A stretch of DNA of 57,122 nt from NCBI GenBank assembly GCA_035511785.1, contig DATKEW010000085.1, positions 1 to 57,122 of the forward strand, given 5' to 3'. The first letter of the stretch is position 1; each line of letters begins with the position of its first letter. The notes below the pieces were generated by a model, which saw nothing but the letters and a program-made list of their open reading frames with translations, had not been told where the DNA came from and searched no databases. The translations under genes were made by a program, and so were the position numbers. Of the stretch, positions 19,180 through 31,328 are shown one piece after another. The DNA comes from Mycobacterium sp. GTDB taxonomy: Bacteria; Actinomycetota; Actinomycetes; Mycobacteriales; Mycobacteriaceae.

Positions 19180-20655
19180 GTGGTTGGCGCTACTGGGTCC
19201 GTTTCCGGGTCCGCTTCCGGATCTCGCAGCCAGCGCCTGCCCACGCTGGCTGACCTGCTCTATCAGCTTGCCAGCCGCTCAGTGACGTCCGTCACGTTGG
19301 TGCGCCGTTCCCTGCGCGCTATCGATCTCAGTCAGTCCACCTTGAATGCGTTCCGCGTGGTGCTCACCGAGTCGGCGCTGGCCGACGCCGCGAAGGCCGA
19401 TCGGCGGCGAGCCGCCGGCGACACGGCACCACTGCTGGGCATCCCGATCGCGGTCAAGGACGACGTCGACATTGGTGGAGTGCCAACCGCCTTCGGCACC
19501 GAGGGGTACGTCCGGCCCGCCGCCCACGATGCCGAGGTGGTTCGCCGCCTGAAGGCGGCCGGCGCGGTGATCGTCGGCAAGACGAACACCTGTGAGCTGG
19601 GCCAATGGCCGTTCACCAGCGGACCCGGATTCGGACACACCCGTAACCCGTGGTCGCGTCGCCACACTCCGGGCGGGTCGTCAGGCGGCAGCGCGACCGC
19701 GGTGGCCGCGGGCCTGGTCACCGCCGCTATCGGCTCCGATGGCGCGGGCAGCATCCGGATCCCCGCCGCGTGGACACACCTGGTGGGCATCAAGCCGCAG
19801 CGCGGCCGCATCTCCACCTGGCCGTTGCCGGAGGCGTTCAACGGCGTCACGGTCAACGGCGTGCTGGCGCGCACGGTGGCCGATGCTGCGCTGGTGCTCG
19901 ACGCCGCGTCCGGGAATGTCGAAGGCGACCGCCACAAGCCGCCCCCCGTCAAGGCATCCGACTATGTCGGCATCGCGCCGGGTCCGCTGAACATTGCCCT
20001 GTCAACTCGGTTCCCTTACACCGGTTTTCGGGCCAAATTGCACCCCGAGATCCTGGCCGCAACGCGAAATATCGCCAAACAGCTCGAGCTGCTCGGCCAC
20101 ACCGTGGTGACCGGCAACCCGGACTACGGGGTGCGGTTGTCGTGGGACTTCCTCGCCCGGTCCACCGCGGGCCTTCGGGACTGGGAAGAGCGGCTGGGCG
20201 ACGGTGTCAACCTGGACCCCCGCACAATTTCCAATTTGCGCATGGGCCATGTGCTGGGACAGGCGATTTTGCGCAGCGCGCGCCTCCATGAGGCCGCGGC
20301 CCAGCATCGGGTGGGCTCGATCTTCGACATCGTCGACGTGGTGCTGGCCCCGACGACTGCGCAGCCACCCCCATTGGCGCGTTCCTTCGACCGTTTGGGC
20401 AGCTATGGCACCGACCGCGCCATGATCGCCGCCTGCCCGCTGACATTTCCGTGGAATGTGCTGGGCTGGCCATCGATTAACGTGCCTGCGGGGTTCACTT
20501 CCGACGGCCTGCCGATCGGTGTGCAGCTGATGGGACCGACCAACAGCGAGGGCATGCTGGTCTCGCTGGCCGCCGAGTTGGAGGCCGTCTGCGGCTGGGT
20601 GAGCAAGCAACCAATGGCGTGGTGGCAGCACGGGCCTCAGCCTCCGAAAGACTAA
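19180..20655 (+). CDS. amiA2: Amidase signature family enzyme
   Basis: GIPIAVKD, GGSSGGS and GSDGAGSIRIPA; syntenic with Rv2363. Confidence 0.92.
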   Translation: MVGATGSVSGSASGSRSQRLPTLADLLYQLASRSVTSVTLVRRSLRAIDLSQSTLNAFRVVLTESALADAAKADRRRAAGDTAPLLGIPIAVKDDVDIGGVPTAFGTEGYVRPAAHDAEVVRRLKAAGAVIVGKTNTCELGQWPFTSGPGFGHTRNPWSRRHTPGGSSGGSATAVAAGLVTAAIGSDGAGSIRIPAAWTHLVGIKPQRGRISTWPLPEAFNGVTVNGVLARTVADAALVLDAASGNVEGDRHKPPPVKASDYVGIAPGPLNIALSTRFPYTGFRAKLHPEILAATRNIAKQLELLGHTVVTGNPDYGVRLSWDFLARSTAGLRDWEERLGDGVNLDPRTISNLRMGHVLGQAILRSARLHEAAAQHRVGSIFDIVDVVLAPTTAQPPPLARSFDRLGSYGTDRAMIAACPLTFPWNVLGWPSINVPAGFTSDGLPIGVQLMGPTNSEGMLVSLAAELEAVCGWVSKQPMAWWQHGPQPPKD

Positions 20656-20661
20656 GGCGCG

Positions 20662-21561
20662 CTAAAACCCCAGTCGGCCAAGCTGTTTCGGGTCACTCTG
20701 CCAGTTCTTGGCGACCTTGACACGCAAGTCGAGGTAGATCTTTGTCCCGAGCAGCTTCTCGAGCTGACCGCGCGCCGCGGTGCCCACTTCCCGGAGCCGG
20801 GCGCCACCCTTGCCGATGATGATTCCCTTCTGGCTGTCCCGCTCGACGTAGAGCACCGCGTGCACGTCGATCAGGTCGTCCCGGCCATCGCGCGGGTTGA
20901 CTTCGTCGATCACCACCGCCAACGAATGCGGCAGCTCGTCACGAACTCCCTCGAGGGCAGCCTCGCGGATGAGCTCGGCCATCAGGACCTCTTCGGGTTC
21001 GTCGGTCAGCTCACCGTCGGGGTAATAGGCCGGGCCGGCCGGCAGCGCCCCGGCCAGCACGTCGATCAGCACGTCGACCTGCGCACCGGTTACCGCCGAC
21101 ACCGGGACGACGTCGGCTGAATTGTTAACGAGTTCACTGACCGCTACCAGTTGCGCGGCCACCCGGTCTTTAGGCACTTTGTCGATCTTGGTGACGATGA
21201 CGACGAGCGCGGTCTTGGGAGCGACCGAACGAATCTGGTCGACGATCCAGCGGTCTCCCGGACCGATCGCCTCGTCAGCCGGGATGCACAGCCCGATGAT
21301 GTCAACTTCGGCGTAGGTATCGCGGACCAAGTCGTTGAGCCGCTTGCCCAATAAAGTGCGCGGCCGATGCAAGCCCGGGGTGTCGACCAGGATGATCTGG
21401 AAGTTCTCCCGGTGCACGATCCCGCGAATCGCGTGCCGCGTGGTCTGCGGCCGCTTCGAGGTGATCGCCACCTTCGTGCCGACCAGCGCGTTTGTCAGGG
21501 TCGACTTGCCGGTGTTCGGTCTGCCAACCAAACATACGAAGCCAGAGTGGAATTCAGTCAT
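20662..21561 (-). CDS. era: GTPase Era
   Basis: GRPNTGKS, DTPG, TKID and KH domain IIGKGG. Confidence 0.97.
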   Translation of the reverse strand: MTEFHSGFVCLVGRPNTGKSTLTNALVGTKVAITSKRPQTTRHAIRGIVHRENFQIILVDTPGLHRPRTLLGKRLNDLVRDTYAEVDIIGLCIPADEAIGPGDRWIVDQIRSVAPKTALVVIVTKIDKVPKDRVAAQLVAVSELVNNSADVVPVSAVTGAQVDVLIDVLAGALPAGPAYYPDGELTDEPEEVLMAELIREAALEGVRDELPHSLAVVIDEVNPRDGRDDLIDVHAVLYVERDSQKGIIIGKGGARLREVGTAARGQLEKLLGTKIYLDLRVKVAKNWQSDPKQLGRLGF

Positions 21562-21580
21562 GCCGCCGAGCTTCTCGGCG

Positions 21581-21904
21581 TCATGTCGGAATCCCGGCGC
21601 GGTCGGTGAGGATGACCACCGCCATCGGCGACAGTTCACGAACCGTGGCAATGCCGGGATCATCGGCGGACGCGGCCACTAGCACGGCGGCCTCCAAGCC
21701 GGTCGCCCCACTGGATGCCGCCGCGGCCACCGCTGCCTGCAGGCCGGTCAGCCGTAGCGTCGACAAGCTCACCGGCGCAGCCGCATACGTGCGGCCATCG
21801 ACATCACGCACGGCAGCGCCACTGTCGGCTTCGGCGCGGGCCATCGCGGCCCGCGCCAGCGCTACCAGCTTGGCGTCCTCGGCGTCCAGCTGCTCAGCCA
21901 TCAT
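21581..21904 (-). CDS. Cytidine-deaminase-fold protein (Rv2365c-like)
   Basis: [12 protein letters not shown] in the cdd position before era; it lacks the HxE/PCxxC zinc ligands. Confidence 0.8.
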   Translation of the reverse strand: MMAEQLDAEDAKLVALARAAMARAEADSGAAVRDVDGRTYAAAPVSLSTLRLTGLQAAVAAAASSGATGLEAAVLVAASADDPGIATVRELSPMAVVILTDRAGIPT

Positions 21905-23186
21905 GATCGCCTCCATGCTGTTCGGGTTCGGCCGGGCTCAGCAAAACGGTGCCGATCCGGACGCGCCCACGATGATCGGGGCCACCCTCAGCTCGTAGCC
22001 GCAAGCCATGCGATGTCACCTCGGCGCCCGGTAGCGGAACCCGGCCCAATTCCAGGGCCAGCAGGCCGCCCACGGTATCGATGTCAAGGTCGTCATCGAA
22101 TTCCACGCCGTACAGTTCGCCGATATCTTCGATCGGCAGCCTCGCAGAGACCCGAAAATGTTTGTCGCCCAGGTCTTCTATCGGTGCGGTCTCTTCATCG
22201 TCGTACTCGTCGGCGATCTCGCCGACGATTTCCTCCAGAACGTCTTCGATACTGACCAGGCCGGCTATCGCGCCGTACTCGTCGACGAGTAGGGCCATGT
22301 GGTTGCGGTCGCGCTGCATCTCACGCAGCAGCGCATCCAACGGCTTGGAGTCCGGTACGAACACCGCTGGACGCATCACCTGCGACACTTTAGTGTCCCC
22401 GTCGGCCGACAAGAACCTCTGCTGGACAAGGTCTTTCAGGTAGACAACCCCGACGATGTCGTCGACGTTCTCGCCGATCACCGGGATGCGGGAATGCCCG
22501 CTGCGTACGGCCAGGTTTGTCGCTTGTGCCGCTGACTTGTCACCCTCGATCCAGATCATCTCGGTGCGCGGCACCATCACCTCACGCGCCGGGGTGTCAC
22601 CGAGTTCGAAGACCGACTGGATCATTCGACGTTCGTCGGCAGCGACCACGCCGCGCTGCTGGGCGAGGTCGACGACTTCGCGTAGCTCGATCTCGGACGC
22701 GAACGGCCCGTTTCTCAGGCCGCGGCCCGGGGTGAGCGCATTACCCACGACCACCAGCAACCGGCTGATCGGCATCAACAGCCACGAGATAGCCTGCAGC
22801 GGAAGAGCTGTCGTCAGCGCGATGGTATACGCGTGCTGGCGGCCAAGGGTGCGCGGGCCCACGCCGATGACGACAAAGCTGGTCAGCACCATGATGGTCG
22901 CGGCGCCGAACAACCCCCACTTGAGGCCGAAGTTGTCGTAGAGAAACACCACCAGCAGTACGGTTGCGTTGATCTCACAAATGATCCGCAGCAGCACCAC
23001 CAGATTGATGTAGCGCGGCCGTTCGGACACCACCTTGAAAAGCGCCACGGCGCCGGGCCGCTCGTCGCGCACCAGCTCCTGCACGCGGGCCAGCGATACC
23101 GTGCTGATGGCGGCGTCAATCGCCGCAAAGAGCCCGCCCAGCGCGATCAGCGCGATCGCGCCGAGTAGCTGAGACAAGCCGGTCAA
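21894..23186 (-). CDS. HlyC/CorC (CNNM) family CBS-domain membrane protein
   Basis: N-terminal TM domain, REVMVPR, HSRIPV, VDEYG and a CorC C-terminus. Confidence 0.93.
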   Translation of the reverse strand: MTGLSQLLGAIALIALGGLFAAIDAAISTVSLARVQELVRDERPGAVALFKVVSERPRYINLVVLLRIICEINATVLLVVFLYDNFGLKWGLFGAATIMVLTSFVVIGVGPRTLGRQHAYTIALTTALPLQAISWLLMPISRLLVVVGNALTPGRGLRNGPFASEIELREVVDLAQQRGVVAADERRMIQSVFELGDTPAREVMVPRTEMIWIEGDKSAAQATNLAVRSGHSRIPVIGENVDDIVGVVYLKDLVQQRFLSADGDTKVSQVMRPAVFVPDSKPLDALLREMQRDRNHMALLVDEYGAIAGLVSIEDVLEEIVGEIADEYDDEETAPIEDLGDKHFRVSARLPIEDIGELYGVEFDDDLDIDTVGGLLALELGRVPLPGAEVTSHGLRLRAEGGPDHRGRVRIGTVLLSPAEPEQHGGDHDG

Positions 23187-23716
23187 TTGTCGAAATACCT
23201 TGACTTATCCAACAACCGGCGGTCCCGTTCCTCCTGACGGTCCTGCTGGTAGGCCTCGACCTGTTCGGCGACCCACTCTTCGAGTAACCGATCCTGTAAG
23301 GCGAACATCTCTTTTTCTTCGTCGTGTTCGGCATGGTCGTAGCCGAGCAGATGCAGCACACCGTGGATCGTCAGCAGCGCCAACTCATGTCCGAGGCTGT
23401 GGCCCGCGGCGGCCGCCTGCTCAGCGGCGAATTCGGGGCACAGCACAATATCGCCCAGCATCGACGGCCCCGGCTCGGGGGCGTCGGGACGGCCACCCGG
23501 CTCGAGCTCGTCCATCGGGAAGCTCATCACGTCGGTCGGACCCGGCAGGTCCATCCAGCGCATGTGCAGGTCGGCCATCGCGGCGGTGTCCAGCAGCACC
23601 ATCGACATCTCGGCACTCGGGTTGACGTCCATCTTGGCGATGACGAACCGGGCGACGCTGACCAACTCCGCTTCGGAAACGTCGATGCCCGACTCGTTGG
23701 ATACCTCGATGCTCAT
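23183..23716 (-). CDS. ybeY: rRNA maturation endoribonuclease YbeY
   Basis: PTDVMSF and [11 protein letters not shown]. Confidence 0.96.
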   Translation of the reverse strand: MSIEVSNESGIDVSEAELVSVARFVIAKMDVNPSAEMSMVLLDTAAMADLHMRWMDLPGPTDVMSFPMDELEPGGRPDAPEPGPSMLGDIVLCPEFAAEQAAAAGHSLGHELALLTIHGVLHLLGYDHAEHDEEKEMFALQDRLLEEWVAEQVEAYQQDRQEERDRRLLDKSRYFDN

Positions 23717-23723
23717 GGGACCA

Positions 23724-24773
23724 TCATCGACGACTGCGGGCACCCGCGGCCCGCCGAGCCGCCCGATTCATCCCCGAGCCGGGCTCCTCGTACCTGGCGT
23801 AGGCGTCGACGATCTCCGAGACCAGCCGGTGGCGCACCACGTCCACGCTGGTCAGTTCGGCGATGTGGATGTCGTCGACGCTCTCGAGGATCTCGACCGC
23901 CGACCGCAGACCGGATCTGGCGCCACCCGGAAGGTCGATTTGTGTCATATCCCCGGTGACAACGACCTTTGATCCGAAACCCAGCCGGGTCAGGAACATC
24001 TTCATCTGCTCGGCGGTGGTGTTCTGTGCCTCATCGAGGACGATGAACGCGGAATTGAGCGTTCTCCCACGCATATACGCCAGCGGCGCCACCTCAATGA
24101 CCCCGGCGGACATCAGTTTCGGGATGAGCTCGGGGTCCATCATGTCGTACAGAGCGTCGTACAGCGGCCGAAGATACGGGTCGATCTTCTCGCTCAGCGT
24201 GCCCGGCAGAAAGCCAAGTCGCTCACCGGCTTCCACGGCCGGCCTGGTCAAGATGATCCGGCTTACCTGTTTGGTCTGCAGCGCGTGGACAGCCTTGGCC
24301 ATGGCCAGATATGTCTTCCCGGTGCCGGCCGGGCCGACTCCGAAGACGATCGTGTTGGCGTCGATCGCGTCGACGTAGCGCTTCTGGTTCAACGTCTTGG
24401 GCCGGATCGTATTGCCGCGACGCGACAAGATGTCCAGGGTGAGCACTTCGGCCGGCGACTCGTTGCCGGTGCCGACCAGCATGGCGACGCTGTGCCGCAC
24501 CACCTCTGGCGTCAAGGGCTGGCCACTGGCCACAATGGCGACCAGCTCGGAGATCACCCGCTCGGCCAGCGCGACGTCGGCCGGCTCACCCGAGAGGGTC
24601 ACGGCGTTCCCACGTACATGCATATCGGCGTTCAGCATGCGTTCCAGCGCGCGGAGGTTCTCGTCGGCCGAACCCAGCAAGCCCACGACGAGATCGGGCG
24701 GAACATCGATGCTGCTGCGAACCTGAGCAGAGGGCGATGATGCGTCAGCGGCGCTGGTCTCGCGTGGCGTCAC
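23724..24773 (-). CDS. phoH1: PhoH-family ATPase
   Basis: [23 protein letters not shown] and DEAQN. Confidence 0.96.
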   Translation of the reverse strand: MTPRETSAADASSPSAQVRSSIDVPPDLVVGLLGSADENLRALERMLNADMHVRGNAVTLSGEPADVALAERVISELVAIVASGQPLTPEVVRHSVAMLVGTGNESPAEVLTLDILSRRGNTIRPKTLNQKRYVDAIDANTIVFGVGPAGTGKTYLAMAKAVHALQTKQVSRIILTRPAVEAGERLGFLPGTLSEKIDPYLRPLYDALYDMMDPELIPKLMSAGVIEVAPLAYMRGRTLNSAFIVLDEAQNTTAEQMKMFLTRLGFGSKVVVTGDMTQIDLPGGARSGLRSAVEILESVDDIHIAELTSVDVVRHRLVSEIVDAYARYEEPGSGMNRAARRAAGARSRR

Positions 24774-25039
24774 GTGGTTTCCGATGCCTGCCTTCTGCGT
24801 TCTCGCTGTCTAGGGCGGATTTCTAGATTTTCTATCCTACCGCCGGGTGGACGCTTGACCCAATGGTCAACGGGCTGCGACCCGGCTCGGTAACGCATCT
24901 TCCCTGGTCCTCGGCAGCGTGTGGCCAGCTCACGACGAAACGGCCGGACATGTGCGCTATCGGTTGACTTTGCTGGCTGCCGTCACCGGGTATCCGTCCG
25001 TAGCCGGCTCAGATGGGTGCTGTTGTGTCGGCGGACTGC

Positions 25040-25198
25040 GTGGTTTGGGCGCCTGACCGCGGGCCAGCGCGATAGTGGCGGCCACCATCGCCAAGACTGC
25101 TACCGCAAGGACCAACGCTGCGGGCCTCCCAGCGCCAGGTACTCACCGAGCACGACAACCCCGAGCAGTACTGCGACGACCGGCTCACCCACCAACAT
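25040..25198 (-). pseudogene. C-terminal relic of a DMT-family transporter
   Basis: Manual translation MLVGEPVVAVLLGVVVLGEYLALGGP, then a frameshift, then AALVLAVAVLAMVAATIALARG; boundaries approximate. Confidence 0.6.
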
Positions 25199-25451
25199 GA
25201 CATCGACGCGGCGTTACCGGGACGTGGGCTGTGGTTGCGATGCGGAAAGCATGTTCGCCAGTTGCCTTGCAGATCCGTTGTCTCCGCAAGTGGCCATCGC
25301 AACCGGGCGGCTGGTCCAATGGCCCTGCCAGACAACGGGTTACGCGTTCGGACAACCCGCCGCGGCCAGATGCCGTACGCCGTCACGTCGACGTCTCCGT
25401 CATCCAGCGATCGAAATACAGCCCAAACCCGCACGTCCGGAAGGTGCCAAC

Positions 25452-27072
25452 ATGTATCGCCAGATCCTCAATCCGGTCGCCCACTCCCTGGCGTGGAGCT
25501 CACTCGCAGCTGCCTTACCGCTGGCGGCGCTATTCGTCATGCTGGGCGTGTTGCGCGTGCGGGCCTGGATAGCGTCGGTGGTGTCCCTGGCCGTCGCGAT
25601 CGCGATCGCCGCCGCCGTATACGCAATGCCGCTCGGCCAGGCGGCGCTGGCGGGCAGCGAAGGCGCTGTCTTCGGATTCTTCCCAATCCTGTGGATCGTC
25701 ATCAACGCGATCTGGGTTTACCAGATGACAGCGCAGACAGGGCATTTCGACGTACTGCGACGCAGTTTTGCGACGGTCAGTGACGATTTCCGCATCCAGG
25801 CAGTCATCATCGCGTTTTCCTTCGGCGCGTTACTCGAGGCATTGGCCGGGTTTGGCACGCCCGTCGCAGTCACCTCGGTGATGCGGCCCGCCCCGGGATT
25901 CAAACCCCTCAAGGCGGCCGTCCTGCGCTGGTCGCCAGTACGGCGCCGGTCGCGTTCGGCGCGATGGGCACACCCATCATCACCCTCGCCAAGGTATCTG
26001 GGTTGTCGACCGACACTGTCGGCGCCATGGTCGGTCGCCAAACCCCGATCATGGCCGTCTTCGTCCCCTTGGCGCTGGTCGCGATCGCCGACGGCCGACG
26101 CGGTCTCCGTGAAACATGGCTCCCCGCGCTGGCGGGCGGTGTGGTTTTCGGCCTCGGCCAATACGCCACCTCGAACTTCTTGTCGTACCGCTGGCCGATG
26201 TGATCGCCTCCTTTTTTTCCGCCGGCGCCGTCGTTCTATTGGTGCGGATCCGGGCTCCGTGCGCCGAGGACACGCACGCCGCGGTGATCGCCGGCGGCGC
26301 CGCCGATACGCCGACCCCCGAGTTCGCCGAGCGCGTCGCAAATCCCGACTCGCGCGGCGAGGTGGTCCGCGCATACGCGCCCTACGGGATCATCATCGCC
26401 GTCTTCGTGATTTGCCAGATTTCGGTGGTCAAGAAGTTCCTCGAGAAGGCGACCATCACCGTGCACTGGCCGGGACTGCACCTCTACACCGCCGAGGGCG
26501 CCCCGTCGACGCTTCCGAACTTCGCCTTCAATCTGCTGACCACGCCGGGCACCCAGATGCTCGTCGCAGGCATCGTCACCATGATGGTGCTGCGTCTGTC
26601 GGTGAGCAACGCACTGAAGGCCTACGGGGCGACGCTATATCAGCTGCGATGGGCCATCGTCACCGTAATGGCCGTGCTGGCACTGGCATTCGTGATGAAC
26701 GCGTCCGGTCAAACCATCACCCTCGGCACGTGGATGGCTGGGGCAGGTGGTGCGTTCGCGGTGATCTGGCTCGGCACAGCGGTGACCGGGTCCGATACCT
26801 CGTCGAATTCGTTGTTCGGCGCGCTGCAGGTAACGGCGGCGGCTAAGGCGGGACTGTCCCCGGTGCTGATGGCCGCCAGCAACAGCTCCGGCGGTGTGCT
26901 CGGCAAGATGATCTCGCCGCAGAACCTCGCCATCGGGGCCGCCGCGGTCGGGGTGCACGGCAAGGAAGGCGACATCTTCCGCCGAGTGGTCATCTGGAGC
27001 CTGGTGTTCCTGGTGTTCATTTGCGCCCTGTCGGGACTGCAAGCCCCGGTGCTGTCCTGGATCGTGCCCTGA
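25452..27072 (+). pseudogene. L-lactate permease (LctP/LldP family), frameshifted
   Basis: The protein is split over three frames: MYRQILNP...EALAGFGTP, then FGAMGTPI...GRQTP, then GSDTSSNSLFG...GKMISPQNL. Shifts fall near 25930 and 26190. Confidence 0.88.
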
Positions 27073-27084
27073 TTCTTGATCCCG

Positions 27085-27849
27085 CTATTCCAGGTTCGAT
27101 GAACCATCCCATCGGGGAGTAAGCACCCCCAGCGCGCCCAGCGCCACCGCGGCCGCGGTCGACGTCCGCAGCACCTGCGGGCCAAGCCGGACTGCCACGG
27201 CGCCGGCGTCGGTCAATGTCGCGATCTCATCGGGCGCGATACCCCCTTCGGGACCGACCACGAGCAATAACGAGTTTGCTTGCGCCACAGCGACATCCGC
27301 GAGCCGGTCGGTTGCCGACTCGTGCAAGGCCAATACCATCGCGCCGGCAGCCACCTCGTCGCGGATCCGCTGGGTCAACGCCGCGGTCGACAGCACGCCG
27401 TCGACTGCCGGGATATGCGCCCGGCGGGATTGCCGGGCCGCCGAACGGGCGACCGCACGCCACCGGCGCAGACCCTTGTCGGCCCGGGTGCCTTCCCAGG
27501 TGGCCACGCAGCGAGTCGCCTGCCAGGCCAGGAACGCGTCGGCACCGGCCTCGGTGGCCAATTCGATTGCCAACTCCGAGCGCTCGGACTTGGGCAGCGC
27601 CTGCACCACGGTCACCGACGGCTGTCCGGGCGCGACGCTCCACCGCCCCAGCACCCGGGCGTGTAATCCGTCGCGCCCGGCCCGCTCAACCAGGCAGCGG
27701 GCCAGGCCGCCGGCGCCGTCGCCGAGGACCAGTTGCTCGCCAGGGCGGATCCGGCGCACCGTGGCGGCGTGATGCCCTTCGTCGCCGTCGACGACGGCCA
27801 GTGCGCCGGTATCGGGCAGTGCGTCGATGTAGAACAGCGTCGCCACCAT
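27085..27849 (-). CDS. rsmE: 16S rRNA m3U1498 methyltransferase
   Basis: HAATVRR, VGPEGG and [11 protein letters not shown]. Confidence 0.95.
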   Translation of the reverse strand: MVATLFYIDALPDTGALAVVDGDEGHHAATVRRIRPGEQLVLGDGAGGLARCLVERAGRDGLHARVLGRWSVAPGQPSVTVVQALPKSERSELAIELATEAGADAFLAWQATRCVATWEGTRADKGLRRWRAVARSAARQSRRAHIPAVDGVLSTAALTQRIRDEVAAGAMVLALHESATDRLADVAVAQANSLLLVVGPEGGIAPDEIATLTDAGAVAVRLGPQVLRTSTAAAVALGALGVLTPRWDGSSNLE

Positions 27850-27872
27850 GTGCGCGGTCCGTAAAACTGCGA

Positions 27873-29018
27873 CTAGCGCCCGGTGAAGGTCTCGCGCAGC
27901 CGGCTGAACAATCCGCCGCCGCTGTGCGTCGAACGGACCTCGGCCACATCGCGGCTGCGGCGGTTCTTCAGCTCGCGCAGCAGGTCGCTGTCTTGGTGGT
28001 CCAACCGGGTCGGAACTACCACCTCGACGTGGACGTTCAGATTGCCCCGCGCGCTGGAGCGCAGGTGCGGCATCCCGTGGCCACGCAGCGTGATGACCGT
28101 ACCTGGTTGCGTACCAGGCGGAATGGTGATTTCGCTCATGCCGTCCAGGATGGCGTCAACGGTGACCGCGATGCCCAGCGCCGCGTCGACCATCGGCACC
28201 GAAATCGTGCAGTGCAGGTCGTCACCGTCGCGAACGAAGATGTCGTGGGCCTGCTCGTGGACCTCGACATACAAGTCACCGGCGGGTCCTCCCCCGGGTC
28301 CGACCTCACCCTGGGCGGCAAGCCGAACCCGCATGCCGTTGCCGACACCGGCGGGAATCTTGACGCTGATCTCCCGACGGGCCCGCACCCGGCCGTCGCC
28401 CATGCACTGGTAACACGGGTCGGGGATGACCACCCCGACGCCGCGGCAGGTCGGACACGGCCGCGACGTCACCATCTGGCCCAGCAGCGAACGCTGCACC
28501 GTCTGCACCTCTCCGCGACCACCGCAGGTGTCGCAGGGAATCGGCGCGGAATTGCCGTTGGTGCCCTTGCCCTGGCAGCGGTCGCACAACACCGCGGTGT
28601 CGACGGTGACCTGCTTTGTCACGCCGGTTGCGCACTCCTCAAGGTCCAGCCGCATCCGCAGCAGCGAATCCGAGCCCGGCCGAACCCGGCCGATCGGACC
28701 GCGAGCCGTCGCACCACCGCTGAAGCCCCCGCCGAAGAAGGCCTCGAAGACATCGCCCAAACCGCCGAAACCGCCGAACCCCCCTGCTGATGCGGCCGCG
28801 TTTTCCAGCGGATCGCCGCCCAAGTCGACGATCCGGCGTTTCTCCGGGTCGCTCAGCACTTCGTAGGCGACGCTGATCTCCTTGAATTTCGCCTGCGCGG
28901 CCTCATCGGGATTGACGTCGGGATGCAGTTCGCGCGCCAGCTTGCGGTACGCGCGCTTGATGTCCGCATCGCTGGCGTTTCTGCTCACGCCGAGCAGCCC
29001 GTAATAATCGCGTGCCAC
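27873..29018 (-). CDS. dnaJ2: Chaperone DnaJ
   Basis: J-domain HPD, G/F region and four CxxCxGxG repeats. Confidence 0.97.
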   Translation of the reverse strand: MARDYYGLLGVSRNASDADIKRAYRKLARELHPDVNPDEAAQAKFKEISVAYEVLSDPEKRRIVDLGGDPLENAAASAGGFGGFGGLGDVFEAFFGGGFSGGATARGPIGRVRPGSDSLLRMRLDLEECATGVTKQVTVDTAVLCDRCQGKGTNGNSAPIPCDTCGGRGEVQTVQRSLLGQMVTSRPCPTCRGVGVVIPDPCYQCMGDGRVRARREISVKIPAGVGNGMRVRLAAQGEVGPGGGPAGDLYVEVHEQAHDIFVRDGDDLHCTISVPMVDAALGIAVTVDAILDGMSEITIPPGTQPGTVITLRGHGMPHLRSSARGNLNVHVEVVVPTRLDHQDSDLLRELKNRRSRDVAEVRSTHSGGGLFSRLRETFTGR

Positions 29019-29086
29019 GCCTGACCTTTCTTAGGCCTTTTCAGGCCGCGCTACCACGGCCGTCCACGAATTGTGCGGGTGCGCGG

Positions 29087-30142
<1,056 letters not shown>

Positions 30143-30272
30143 TCATTTTACGGTGTCGGGCGGAGCCAACTGCCATTCGCGGGCGTCTGGCGGCAACCAC
30201 CGGCAATTTTCCGACTAGCCTGTCCACCATGCATCCGTCGGGCCCGGGTGAGGCGCCAGGGGAGATCTACCA

Positions 30273-30587
30273 ATGATTTTCAAGGGCGTACGAGACGGTA
30301 AGCCCTATCCCGAGCACGGACTGTCGTACAGAGACTGGTCCCAGATACCGCCGCGACAGATCCGGCTCGACGAATTGGTCACCACGACCACAGTGCTCGC
30401 ATTGGACCGCCTGCTTTCGGAGGACTCCACGTTCTATGGCGACCTTTTCCCGCACGCGGTGCGGTGGAAGGGCATCACCTATCTCGAGGACGGCCTGCAT
30501 CGTGCGGTGCGCGCCGCGCTGCGGAATCGCACCGTGCTGCATGCTCGGGTGTTCGACATGGATTTGCCGCTGAGCCAGCAGACCTAG
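30273..30587 (+). CDS. Conserved actinobacterial protein (Rv2375-like)
   Basis: MIFKGVRDGKPYPEHG...YLEDGLHRAVRA; syntenic. Confidence 0.88.
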   Translation: MIFKGVRDGKPYPEHGLSYRDWSQIPPRQIRLDELVTTTTVLALDRLLSEDSTFYGDLFPHAVRWKGITYLEDGLHRAVRAALRNRTVLHARVFDMDLPLSQQT

Positions 30588-30641
30588 GTCGAAACAGGTC
30601 CGCGGGCGTGGGCCAATTGTTGAGTGCCGGCGGTCAACGCG

Positions 30642-30667
30642 GTCACATCTGCGCGTCGCCAGGTGTC
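30642..30667 (+). promoter_or_regulatory. ECF41/SigJ-type promoter GTCACA-N16-TGTC
   Basis: Exact 16-nt spacer, ~50 nt upstream of the CMD gene that precedes the ECF41 sigma factor. Confidence 0.72.
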
Positions 30668-30719
30668 GACGTAGTGAGGACCATTAAAGGTCCAGCCGCG
30701 ACTTTTCAGGAGGACCGCC

Positions 30720-31328
30720 ATGCCCCGTCTCGAGGGCGTCTCCGACCGCGACGCCGGCCTGGGCGCCAAGATCGCCTTCTTCTTCACCAAACGCAAGCTG
30801 GCGCAGATGACCGGCCTCGAAACGGCCGGGATGCTGGAACCGCTGCGGATGTATGCGCACATCCCCCGGCTCCTCAACGCCTACGGCAAGCTGGAACAGG
30901 CCGAGGCGAAACTGGATATCCTTACTCCCCGCCAGCGCGCGCTGGCCGAGCTGAAGTCGGCGACGACGGTGCGCTGCGAGTACTGCATCGACCTCGGCTC
31001 ACAGATCGCCCGCCAGTGGGGCATCACCGACGAGGAACTGCTGGCGATGGCCGATTACCAAAACGCTTCGTGCTTCTCCGACGTCGACAAGCTCATCTTG
31101 GAGTACGCAACCGCGATCAGCCGCACCCCGGTCGAGGTGACCGACCGGCTTTTCGAGGCGCTGCGCGCCCACTTCGACACCCCCCAACTCGTCGGACTCA
31201 CCCACATCATCACGCTGGGCAACCTGCGTGCCCGATTCAACATCGCGCTCGGCATCGGGTCGTCGGGCTTTTCCGGCGACCGGGTATGCGCCCTACCCGA
31301 GAAACCGCCGGGGGCCGGTCGCACGTGA
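30720..31328 (+). CDS. Carboxymuconolactone decarboxylase / AhpD-like protein
   Basis: CEYCID (CxxC), NLRARFN; SD AGGAGG. Confidence 0.88.
   Translation: MPRLEGVSDRDAGLGAKIAFFFTKRKLAQMTGLETAGMLEPLRMYAHIPRLLNAYGKLEQAEAKLDILTPRQRALAELKSATTVRCEYCIDLGSQIARQWGITDEELLAMADYQNASCFSDVDKLILEYATAISRTPVEVTDRLFEALRAHFDTPQLVGLTHIITLGNLRARFNIALGIGSSGFSGDRVCALPEKPPGAGRT

Noticed and set aside
24921-26846. 641-aa ORF
   Set aside because: Only ~25452-25930 is real lactate permease; the rest is upstream extension and out-of-frame read-through.
27216-28790. 524-aa plus-strand ORF
   Set aside because: It is an antisense shadow of rsmE and dnaJ2.
30464-31324. Apparent long N-terminal extension of the ECF sigma factor
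   Set aside because: It overlaps the Rv2375-like and CMD genes out of frame; the real start is GTG 31325.
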